DNA from: Gemmatimonadaceae bacterium
GTDB lineage: Bacteria > Gemmatimonadota > Gemmatimonadetes > Gemmatimonadales > Gemmatimonadaceae
Length of the DNA stretch: 64,000 nucleotides
Assembly: GCA_035286465.1 (NCBI GenBank)
Contig: DATEDF010000124.1
Location: forward strand, 3,242 to 67,241
Reading direction: 5' to 3'
Shown: one piece after another, positions 1 to 7,444 of the stretch
Numbering within the stretch: the first letter of the stretch is position 1
Layout of the letters: every line of letters begins with the position of its first letter
Notes under the pieces: generated by a model
Told to the model about the DNA's origin: nothing
The model's database searches: none
The model's input: only the letters and a program-made list of their open reading frames with translations
Position numbers and translations under genes: made by a program

Positions 1-261
1 GATGCGCGAGAACTTGAGGTCGAGCACCTTCGCGAACGTGTTGATGAGGAGCGTCTTCGCGAGGCCGGGCACGCCGATGATCAGCGAGTTGCCGCCCGTG
101 AGCAGCGTGAGCAGCACGAGCTCGATGACGCCCTCCTGCCCGACGATGAGCTTCTTGAGCTCCGTGCGGATCTGCTCGCACCCCGCCTTGAGGCGGTCGG
201 CGTGCGTGAGGTCGTCGGAGGACTCGAGGGCGGGGCTCAGGGGGGAGGCGGTCGCGGCCAC
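1..261 (-). CDS. MoxR-family AAA+ ATPase, N-terminal part (gene continues beyond the left edge)
   Basis: Not in the ORF track because it has no stop in the window. Minus-strand translation from GTG at 261 gives VAATASPLSPALESSDDLTHADRLKAGCEQIRTELKKLIVGQEGVIELVLLTLLTGGNSLIIGVPGLAKTLLINTFAKVLDLKFSRI. It has the Walker A GVPGLAKT and the MoxR-typical IVGQE..LL.GG..L..G.PGLAKT layout. It lies 33 nt downstream of the DUF4159 gene. Confidence 0.85.
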   Translation of the reverse strand, partial: MAATASPLSPALESSDDLTHADRLKAGCEQIRTELKKLIVGQEGVIELVLLTLLTGGNSLIIGVPGLAKTLLINTFAKVLDLKFSRI

Positions 262-294
262 GGCGGATACTCGGTTGAAGGGTGCGCTCGGCGC

Positions 295-1236
295 TCAGTG
301 CGTGAGCGCGTAGATCAGGTAGTTGACGCCCAGCTTGTACGCTTCGTTCGAGATGTCCACGGGAACCCACCCCGATCCCGACCACTGCCACGACTCGCCG
401 ATGTCGTTGTTGTAATTAATGATCGCGAGCAGGCGCTTCTTCGGATCGTTGTTCTCGTAGATCGCGAGATACGCGGGCCGCCCGTAGGACGAGATGCGCA
501 GTTGCGAGAGGTCAATCTTGTAGAAGGAGTCGAAGATCGGCTCCTTCCCGGTCATCTCCGTCACCCGCACGCCGGGGAGGACCTTCGAGATGGCCTGCTC
601 GAAGGTGCTCCAGTCCTGCCCGGGAAAATCATCCACGATCAGGAAGCCGCCCTTCTGCAGGTACTTCCGGAGCCCCTCGACCTCCTTGTCGTTCGGGAAC
701 CAGCCGCCCGGCTCCGAGAGGTAGGCGACCGGGTACTTGAAGAGGTCCGGCTCGTCGAGCCCGACGATGACGCCGCCCGCGCGGGGTCCCGACTCCTCGA
801 ACGGCCGGAGCGTGGTGATCTCCCGCATGATGCGCATCAGGTGCACCTCGGCGTGCGGATAGTCGTGCGACCAGCCGGGCCCTTCGCGCCCGTTGTAGCG
901 GCCGAAGCCCCGGTACTTGATGCGCGCGAAGGTGAAGCGCCCGTCGTAGGGCGGGTTCCCGTGCCAGTCGGGCGGCGTGAAGAAGTCGTTCGTGAAGAAC
1001 CGGGCGTAATCCCGGGGGTCCATGCCGCCGCCCCCGCGCCCGCCACGGCCGCCGCCGCGCTGGGCGTCCGCGACGGGCACGACCGCGAGCAGCGTCAGGC
1101 AGCCCACCGCGAGGCCGCACACCCAACCGAATCGCTTCGCTCTTCGCAATCCCTTCGCTCTTCGCAATCCCTTCGCTCTTCGCAATCGCTTCGCCCTTCG
1201 CACTTCGCACTTCGCCGTCGTCATGGCCGTCGTCAT
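295..1236 (-). CDS. DUF4159-family protein (Bat/MoxR-operon associated), signal-anchored
   Basis: Track ORF 295..1236. The core WSHDYPHAE...LFKYPVAYLSEPGG...LRKYLQKGGFLIVDDF matches my memory of DUF4159. Hydrophobic segment GLAVGCLTLLAVVPVADAQ. ATGA overlap with the upstream gene. The start is uncertain (ATG 1236, ATG 1224, or an internal GTG) because the 5' end is a tandem repeat. Confidence 0.8.
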   Translation of the reverse strand: MTTAMTTAKCEVRRAKRLRRAKGLRRAKGLRRAKRFGWVCGLAVGCLTLLAVVPVADAQRGGGRGGRGGGGMDPRDYARFFTNDFFTPPDWHGNPPYDGRFTFARIKYRGFGRYNGREGPGWSHDYPHAEVHLMRIMREITTLRPFEESGPRAGGVIVGLDEPDLFKYPVAYLSEPGGWFPNDKEVEGLRKYLQKGGFLIVDDFPGQDWSTFEQAISKVLPGVRVTEMTGKEPIFDSFYKIDLSQLRISSYGRPAYLAIYENNDPKKRLLAIINYNNDIGESWQWSGSGWVPVDISNEAYKLGVNYLIYALTH

Positions 1237-1246
1237 GGCCGTCGTC
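1135..1246. repeat. Tandem repeats: 18-nt unit cttcgctcttcgcaatcc x3 plus degenerate copies (1135-1216), then 12-nt unit gtcgtcatggcc x2.5 (1217-1246)
   Basis: Read directly. Units at 1135-1152, 1153-1170 and 1171-1188 are near identical. On the minus strand they encode RRAKGL repeats. The 12-nt unit duplicates the ATG (MTTA-MTTA). Confidence 0.9.
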
Positions 1247-3962
1247 CCTCCACGATGGTGAGCAGCAGCTCCTGCGCCGGCACGAAGTTCGGCGCGTCTT
1301 CCAGCGCGCGCAGCACGCTCGCGCGCGCCTGCTTCGGGTCACCCGCCTCGTGCCACGCCAGCGCGAGCCGGTAGTGCGCCTCGGCGATGTCCACGGGCGC
1401 GAGCGCGACCACCGCCCGGCGCTCCCGCACCACCTTCGCCTTCTCGCCCGTGGCACGATAAAGATCGGCGAGATGCTGGTGGAGCGCGATGTCGAACGGG
1501 TTGATGTAGAGCGCGCGCTCCAGCGCCTCCGCCGCCTTCGCCGTGTCGCCGAGCTGCTCACGGAGGCGCGACAGCTCGACGTTCGCGCCGAAATCCGACT
1601 CGTTCCGCACGGCGATCTCGGTGAGCGCGTCGGCGGCCTTGCGCCGCTCTCCCCGGGCGAGATAGAGGTGCGCGAGACGCCCGTGGGGCCCGTCCGCGCC
1701 GGCGTACTCGGGGAAGAGCGAGCGTGCCCGCTCGAAGAGCGCGATCGCCGTCGCCGTGTCGCCGCGCCCGGCCGCCGCCTCGCCCGCCATCATCTGCAGC
1801 CGGAAGCTCCTCGGCGCCGCGTTCGCCCGCGAGACGAGCAGCTCGGCGGGGAGCCCCTCCCGCGAGAGCCCCGCCGTGTCGCTCGCGAGCACCGCGAGCG
1901 CCGCGAGCGGGCCCGCGAAGCGCTGCTTGAGCCACGCATCGAAGCGCTTGTCGAGCGCCTTGGGGTCGGCACCGAGGACGGCCTGGAACGCCTGCTCCGT
2001 GGTCCGCCCCGCCTTGTACTCGTTGAGCATCGCGACGAGCGCCTTTTCGCCCCACTCCTTCGCGACCCACTCGCAGAAGAGCGACGCCTCGTAGTACGAG
2101 TGCTGCACCTGTTCGGGGTACGCCGGGCGCATGAAGCCGTCGTTCATCCGGCTCAGCGGCGCGAGCCGGCCCGCGCCGAGCGCGTCGAGGAACCCGACGG
2201 TCACGTGCGCGCCCCACCCGGGCCGGGCGAGGTGCTCCTCGTGCACCGAGAGCCCCTCCGAGAGCCAGCGCGGCACGCGATTCTCCGTGAGCCCGAGCGT
2301 GAAGGTGTGCGCCAGCTCGTGCCATACCACGGAGCCCCAGTTGAACGGCCCCGCGTCCTTGGCCGCGGGCGAGTCGAACGCGAGCGTCGTCCCGAAACTC
2401 ACCCCCAGCGCGCCGACCTCCGGGAGCCCGACCGTCCGCACCGAGAAGTCGGCCTGGCTCCGGTACACCTCGATCCGCACGGGCGGCGGCGGCGTGTACG
2501 CGTACTTCGCCGAGAACAGGGCGTGCGCGCGCTCGAGGAGGTCCGTCAGGTAGACGGAGAGGAGCGCGGATTCACTCTTCTCGATCATCAGCTGGAACTT
2601 CGCGGTGCTGATCACGTCGTAGTTCTTGAACGTGTCGAGCAGGTCGAGCGTGTTCTTGGTCCAGAGGTCGTACGGGTCGCCGGCGAACGCGGTCTCCAGA
2701 CTCTGCTTCCCTTCGGCGATCCTGCCGAGCCGGAGGAGGTTCATTCCGAGGAGGGCGTGCGATCGCCAGCTCTTCGCGTCGGCCGCGACGCCCTGCTTCG
2801 CGAAGTCCGCGGCCGCGGCGTACAGGCGGATGCGCCCGGCGACCTCGGCCATCGTCGCGAAGAACTCGCCGTTGTGCGCATCGAGGGCGAGCGCGCGCTG
2901 CTTCGCCGCGTCGTAGCCGCGCGGGTCGCCGCCCAGGAACCTGAGCGCGGCGGCGAGCGCGAGCGCGCCCCGCGCGGCGGGGTTCACCGCGAGCGCGCGA
3001 TCCACCTCGCGCTGGGCGGCCACGTAGTCCTCGAGGTCCATCAGCCCGCGCGCGCGGAGCACGCGGCCGTCCACGTAGTCGGGATTCACCTCGAGCGCGC
3101 GGGCCAGGAGCGAGTCGGCGCCGGGCTGAGCGTCGAAGATCAGGCGCCGGGCCTCGCCCACGAGCGCCCGCGGGTGCGACGGGTTCGCCGCGAGCACGCC
3201 GGTGAAGGCGGGCTGCGCCTCATTGGAGCTGTACTTCTCGAGAAAGAGCTCGCCGAGCGCGATCCGGGGATCGAGGTCGTCGCCGTCGAGCGCGATCGCG
3301 CGGTCGAACGCCTTGAGCGCGTCCTTGAAGAGCTGCGGATTGTCCACGCCCAGGTACCGGCAGGCGATCGCCACCGCCATAAACTCCCGGCTGGTGAGCG
3401 ACCCGGCGTTCGCGTTGTAGACGTCAATGAAGCGGTCGAACTCCCTGGCCGCGCGCGCGCGCTCCCCCGCGTCGTGGTGCAGGATGGCGAGGTTGAGCCG
3501 CGCGGTGAGACTGTCGGGCGCGTGCGCGAGAACGGCGCGAACGAAGGCGCTCTCGGCGGCCGCGAGCTTCCCGCGCTCGCGCAGCACCTCGCCGAGCGTG
3601 TTCCACATCGCCGCGCCGCCGGCCGGACCGGCGGCCGCGGCGCGCGCCGTCGCCTCCGCCTGATCGTACCGGCCCACGAGGGCGAGCGTGCGGGCGAGGT
3701 CGCGCTGCGCCGCGAGCCACGTGGTGTCGCCGCGCGGAATTCGCGAGAGCGCCGCGATCCCCTCCCGGTACTTGCCGGAGCGCACCAGCTCGCGGGCGTC
3801 GGTCAGGTCCTGCGCCGCGAGGCGGGTACCCATCGCGGAGAAGAGCGGTGTAGCCAGCAGGCACGCGAGGGAGGTGGCGGTGACGCCGCGCGCCGCACGG
3901 CGGCGCCACTCGGTCCGCGGAACGCCGGCCGCCTCAACGTTGCCGCCCGCCTCCCTCTTCAC
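1233..3962 (-). CDS. TPR-repeat protein with embedded gluzincin (peptidase MA-like) HExxH domain
   Basis: Track ORF 909 aa. Zinc motif VVWHELAHTF followed by WLSEGLSVHEE. TPR-like A/L/R-rich helical repeats sit on both sides. The N-terminus is signal-like (LACLLATPLFSAMG). GTGA overlap at 3959-3962 and ATGA overlap at 1233-1236. Confidence 0.8.
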   Translation of the reverse strand: MKREAGGNVEAAGVPRTEWRRRAARGVTATSLACLLATPLFSAMGTRLAAQDLTDARELVRSGKYREGIAALSRIPRGDTTWLAAQRDLARTLALVGRYDQAEATARAAAAGPAGGAAMWNTLGEVLRERGKLAAAESAFVRAVLAHAPDSLTARLNLAILHHDAGERARAAREFDRFIDVYNANAGSLTSREFMAVAIACRYLGVDNPQLFKDALKAFDRAIALDGDDLDPRIALGELFLEKYSSNEAQPAFTGVLAANPSHPRALVGEARRLIFDAQPGADSLLARALEVNPDYVDGRVLRARGLMDLEDYVAAQREVDRALAVNPAARGALALAAALRFLGGDPRGYDAAKQRALALDAHNGEFFATMAEVAGRIRLYAAAADFAKQGVAADAKSWRSHALLGMNLLRLGRIAEGKQSLETAFAGDPYDLWTKNTLDLLDTFKNYDVISTAKFQLMIEKSESALLSVYLTDLLERAHALFSAKYAYTPPPPVRIEVYRSQADFSVRTVGLPEVGALGVSFGTTLAFDSPAAKDAGPFNWGSVVWHELAHTFTLGLTENRVPRWLSEGLSVHEEHLARPGWGAHVTVGFLDALGAGRLAPLSRMNDGFMRPAYPEQVQHSYYEASLFCEWVAKEWGEKALVAMLNEYKAGRTTEQAFQAVLGADPKALDKRFDAWLKQRFAGPLAALAVLASDTAGLSREGLPAELLVSRANAAPRSFRLQMMAGEAAAGRGDTATAIALFERARSLFPEYAGADGPHGRLAHLYLARGERRKAADALTEIAVRNESDFGANVELSRLREQLGDTAKAAEALERALYINPFDIALHQHLADLYRATGEKAKVVRERRAVVALAPVDIAEAHYRLALAWHEAGDPKQARASVLRALEDAPNFVPAQELLLTIVEGRRP

Positions 3963-4960
3963 GTCCGTCCCTCCAGCGCGCGGATCTCGCGCGACTTCCG
4001 CGCCAGCGCCACCAGCAGCCGCTCCAGCTCGTCGTCGTATGCCTCGGCGGTCAGTTGCGCCTTGCGCCGCCGGAGCGCGTCGAGCTGGTCCTCGAGCGCG
4101 AAGCGGTCCGCGTAGAGGGCGGCCAGCCGCGGATCGCCGAGCGCGGCGCGCGCCGTGTACCGGCCGACGTCGAGAAAGAAGCGACGGGCGAGCATGCCGT
4201 CCCCGCCCCGCCCCGTCGGCTCGCCCGTTCCCTGCTTGTCGCCGTCGTCGTCGAGCTGCGCGTGCTCCGACTGGAGGTGCCCCTCGGTCTCGTAGTGGCG
4301 CTTCGTCTCGGCCGCCGCGTACCGGAACGCCTCGAAGAGCGAGACGCGCCCGTCCTTGTCCGTGTCCGCCACGTCCTTCGCGAGCGCGTCCACGAAGAAC
4401 TCCCCGAAGTGCGACTCGTTCCGCTCGAGCGCGGTCTTCGTCGCCGTGATGACCACGCGGTCCGCCCCGGAGAGCTGGCCGAGCATGTCGCCGCTCGCGC
4501 TCGTGAGGTTCACGAACGCGAGCCGCTGCGCCGTGAAGCGCGCGAGGAGCCGCTCGAAGTCGGCCGCCGTCAGGTCGGGCCCCGGGATGGAGAGGCGCGA
4601 GTCCGCGCCCTCGCCCGCGCCGTGGCCGATGAGCACGAAGACGATCTGCGCCCCCGCCTTCGCCCGCGCGGCCACGCCCTCCACCGCCCGCTCGACGTTC
4701 GCCTTCGTGGACTGCCCGGCGTAGCGGGGCGCCGCGCGCGCGGAATCCTCGCCCAGCCAGACGATGTCGGCGTCGGGAATGCCGAACCGCTCGTGCAGCG
4801 CGCCCGAGAGCCGGAGCGAGAGCGCGCGGAAGCGCGCGCTGTAGCGCGTCTCGCCGCCGAGGCCGGAGACGATGAGCACGTGCGTCTGGGCGCCGAGCGG
4901 GAGCGCGCGGAGCGGAAGCGCCGCGAGCAGCACCAGTGCCGCGAGCGATGCGCGCCTCAC
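3959..4960 (-). CDS. Secreted caspase/legumain-fold (peptidase C13-like) protein with an EF-hand-like Ca loop
   Basis: This is the C-terminal 333 codons of track ORF 3959..7345. The real start is GTG at 4960 (VRRASLAALVLLAALPLRALPLGAQ, a signal peptide), overlapping the upstream TGA as GTGA. Motifs: HVLIVSGLGG, FVLIGHGAGEG (His-Gly dyad), NLTSASGDM and DTDKDGRVSLFEAF. Confidence 0.55.
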   Translation of the reverse strand: MRRASLAALVLLAALPLRALPLGAQTHVLIVSGLGGETRYSARFRALSLRLSGALHERFGIPDADIVWLGEDSARAAPRYAGQSTKANVERAVEGVAARAKAGAQIVFVLIGHGAGEGADSRLSIPGPDLTAADFERLLARFTAQRLAFVNLTSASGDMLGQLSGADRVVITATKTALERNESHFGEFFVDALAKDVADTDKDGRVSLFEAFRYAAAETKRHYETEGHLQSEHAQLDDDGDKQGTGEPTGRGGDGMLARRFFLDVGRYTARAALGDPRLAALYADRFALEDQLDALRRRKAQLTAEAYDDELERLLVALARKSREIRALEGRT

Positions 4961-7293
4961 GCGAGCCCCCGCATCTTCCGGTACGCCCACTCGCTCCCCA
5001 CCAACGCCACGAGCAGGAGGAAGTTCACGGGCATGTCCCACAGGTCCATCTCGTTCACCACGGTCACGCCGCGCTTGCTCATCGCCACGTCGGCGGCGAG
5101 GGTGCCGATCCCGGCCGGCGTGTAGAAGCGGCCGCCCGTCTCGTCGGCGATGCGCCGGAGGAGCGACGCGCGCATCTCGGCGTCCACGAACTCGGCGTCC
5201 AGCTCCGCCACCCGCACGAACGCGGTGTCGGCCGCGGGGACGCTCTCGTCCCGGCGCTTCGCCTCGACGCGCACGACGTGAATGCCCGGCTCGTCGGGCG
5301 TGAAAGTCGCGCGATACTCGCCGTCGCGGTCCACGGCCCACTCGAGCGGCACGTCGCGCACCGTCTTCGACGGGCTCACCACGTGCGCCACCACCTCGGC
5401 GTCGTTGACCTTGAGGTGCGCGCTGTCCACGACCTCCGTGCGCAACTCCACCGGGCTCCGCGGATTCACCTGGTCGGGCGCGGCGCGCACGGTGACGCGG
5501 CCCGGGACGTCGCTCGTGAGCCAGCGCAGGAGCTGCCGCCAGAAGGTCGTGAACGTCGGGTCGCCGACGGGAATGTCGGCGTGCATCTGCCAGGTCCAGG
5601 AATCCTGGATCGGCAGCGCCACTGAGAGGCCGCGTCCATACCGCTGGTACACCAGCACCGGCTGCTCGTAGCCGGAGAGCGGCTCGCCGGGTTCGCCCGC
5701 GCGGCCGAGGCGCGGCGTCCGGCCGGTGATCAGCGTGACGGCGCCCGGCTTCACCCGGCGGATGCGGTTCACCGACGTGACCCACGGCAGCGTACGCCAC
5801 CGCTCCGCCGACTTCGCGGGATCGCCGGCGACCTGCGCCACGGCGTGGCTCTGGCCCGGCGGCGTGAGCGAGACCGCGAGATCGGCGAGGAGCGTGAGAC
5901 TGTCGGCGACGGCGGGCCCCTCGATCTCCACCGGCATCACCTCGGCGAGCGGCGTGCCCGCGTAGCCGCCCTCGGCGAACGCGCGCCGTGCGCCGAGGAG
6001 CAGCAGCCCGCCGCCGCGCACGCTCACGAAGTCGGCCAGCATCGTGAGCTGGTCGTGCGTGAAGAAGCTCGCTTCGATGCCGCCCAGCACCACGGCGCGG
6101 TAGCGGTAGAGTTCCGCGCGCGTCTTCGGGAAGCCGCCGAGCAGCTCGTCGGGGCCGTCCACGCCGAGCCGGAGGAACTTCCCCTCGGCCGTGCGCTGGA
6201 GCGCCACGAGCTGGAGGTTCGAGTCGGCCTCGACCGCGGCGCGGATGAAGCGCATCTCGTAGCGCGGCTCGCCCTCGACGTAGAGGATCTTCTCGCGTGC
6301 GTCGCGCACGCGCACCAGCGCGCGCTGGGCGTTGTTCTGCGTGACCTGCTCGCCCGCCTGGAGCGGGATGCGGAAGGTGAGCGTCCGGGCGCCGGGGTCG
6401 TTGAGCCGCGCCTGCACGCGCACGGGCGCCACCTCGCCGTCGCGCGGGAGCTGGACCTCCGTGCTCGCGACCACGCGGCCCTCGTCCTCGACGACGAGCG
6501 GCACCTTCGCGCCGGCGAATCCGCGCTGCCGCACCAGCACGTCGGCCATCACGGTGCTCCCCTCGAGCACCGCGTGCGCGCTCTCGACCCGGCGCACCTC
6601 GATGTCCTTCTCGAAGCGCTCGGCGCCGATCCCGACGGTGAACACCGGCACCGACCGGGCGCGGAGCGTCAGCAGCTCGTCGGCGATGGGGGTCCGCGCG
6701 TTGTCGGCGCCGTCGGTGAGCAGGACCATCCCGGAGAGCGGCAGCGACTCCATGTCGCGCCGCGCGGCCTCGAGCGCGTCGCCCAGCCGCGTCTCGTTGG
6801 CGTTGAAGGCGAGCCGCGTTCCGCCCTCCATCCGGTCCGCGGTGGCGCCGAAACGGAAGAGCCGCACCTGGAACTTCTCCTGGAGGGCGTCGAGGAGCGC
6901 GCTCCGGGGCGCGAGGATGGAGTCGCGCACGAAGTCGGCGCGCGCGCGGCCGGAGCGGTCGGCGATCTGCATGCTCCGGGAGTCGTCGAGCAGTACGCCG
7001 ACGTAGTTCCGGTGCGGCACCGCGGACGAGAGCAGGAGCTTCGGCCGGAAGAGCAGGACGACCAGCACGAGGAGTGCCGCGATCCGGAGCGCCACGAGCA
7101 CGACGCGGTCCCGCCGCGTGCTCTTGCCCCGGACGCCGCCGTAGGAGAGGAGCGCGGGCACCCCGATAGCGAGCCCGATGAGCGCCAGCACGATGAGCGG
7201 TGCGGGCGCGCCGAAGCCGAGGTCCCCCTGCTCGAAGACCGCGGGCCGGTACTTGAAGAAAAAGGCGAAGAGCGCGCCGAGCGCGTCGGTCAT
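4957..7293 (-). CDS. BatA-like membrane protein: N-terminal double-TM domain, vWA-like domain, large extracytoplasmic region, C-terminal TM
   Basis: Track ORF 4957..7347. ATG at 7293 is preferred (MTDALGALFAFFFKYRPAVFEQ.., two TM helices). GVLLDDSRSM.. is a MIDAS-like DxSxS. C-terminal helix VNFLLLVALVGSEWAY. It is the first gene of the Bat-like operon. Confidence 0.7.
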   Translation of the reverse strand: MTDALGALFAFFFKYRPAVFEQGDLGFGAPAPLIVLALIGLAIGVPALLSYGGVRGKSTRRDRVVLVALRIAALLVLVVLLFRPKLLLSSAVPHRNYVGVLLDDSRSMQIADRSGRARADFVRDSILAPRSALLDALQEKFQVRLFRFGATADRMEGGTRLAFNANETRLGDALEAARRDMESLPLSGMVLLTDGADNARTPIADELLTLRARSVPVFTVGIGAERFEKDIEVRRVESAHAVLEGSTVMADVLVRQRGFAGAKVPLVVEDEGRVVASTEVQLPRDGEVAPVRVQARLNDPGARTLTFRIPLQAGEQVTQNNAQRALVRVRDAREKILYVEGEPRYEMRFIRAAVEADSNLQLVALQRTAEGKFLRLGVDGPDELLGGFPKTRAELYRYRAVVLGGIEASFFTHDQLTMLADFVSVRGGGLLLLGARRAFAEGGYAGTPLAEVMPVEIEGPAVADSLTLLADLAVSLTPPGQSHAVAQVAGDPAKSAERWRTLPWVTSVNRIRRVKPGAVTLITGRTPRLGRAGEPGEPLSGYEQPVLVYQRYGRGLSVALPIQDSWTWQMHADIPVGDPTFTTFWRQLLRWLTSDVPGRVTVRAAPDQVNPRSPVELRTEVVDSAHLKVNDAEVVAHVVSPSKTVRDVPLEWAVDRDGEYRATFTPDEPGIHVVRVEAKRRDESVPAADTAFVRVAELDAEFVDAEMRASLLRRIADETGGRFYTPAGIGTLAADVAMSKRGVTVVNEMDLWDMPVNFLLLVALVGSEWAYRKMRGLA

Positions 7294-7333
7294 CAGGGCT
7301 GTTTGGAGGGGCGTGAGCCGGGGGGTGGTGCGG

Positions 7334-7369
7334 CCCCCCGGCCACATCTATTTAACACGTGCCGGGGGG
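7334..7369. promoter_or_regulatory. Perfect 9-bp GC inverted repeat (ccccccggc / gccgggggg) bracketing an AT-rich 18-nt box that contains TAAATAGAT on the minus strand. Candidate promoter/operator of the Bat-like operon.
   Basis: Read directly in the divergent intergenic region 7294-7444. The AT-rich box is 52 nt upstream of ATG 7293. Confidence 0.3.
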
Positions 7370-7444
7370 TGTTTGTTGAGTCCTCCGTCAGGACGTCGTT
7401 GGTTGCCACCCCTTGACACGATTCCCGCCGGAGCCCCCGCCGCC

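Noticed and set aside
1135-1216. Tandem repeats at 1135-1246, 24619-24690, 55791-55830 and 61890-61950 considered as CRISPR arrays
   Set aside because: The units are contiguous (no spacers), only 9-24 nt long and mostly inside coding sequence. No cas genes are present in the window.
1350-4115. 921-aa plus-strand ORF, together with similar long ORFs at 202..1374, 629..1561, 5845..7416, 9490..11193, 9599..11119, 11949..13436, 14215..15306, 17052..18440, 20441..21688, 23200..25245, 29398..30927, 32649..34301, 34961..36313, 37458..39875, 40837..44172, 44118..45479, 46606..49365, 48975..50213, 49562..51082, 51064..52698, 52646..54193, 53944..55779, 55517..58069, 58821..60506, 61027..62535 and 62391..63428
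   Set aside because: Each lies antisense to, or out of frame with, a gene that carries clear family motifs. Their translations are R/P/A/G/H/E-rich low-complexity sequence with no motifs. At about 70% GC, stop-free shadow frames of this length are expected.
4961-7345. N-terminal 790 aa of the 1128-aa ORF 3959..7345 read as one giant gene
   Set aside because: This part is an alternative frame of the real 4957..7293 gene and is Arg/Pro/Ala-rich. A signal peptide and a GTG start at 4960 define the true 333-aa product. The same reasoning removes the N-terminal parts of track ORFs 12134..14263, 21655..25821, 34811..36466, 36899..37804, 39356..42778, 42850..44514, 49070..51571 and 55862..58654.
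7413-7418. Perfect TTGACA hexamer upstream of the PLP-enzyme gene as a -35 box
   Set aside because: No acceptable -10 hexamer follows at a 16-19 nt spacing, because the downstream sequence is GC-only. There is not enough evidence to call a promoter.
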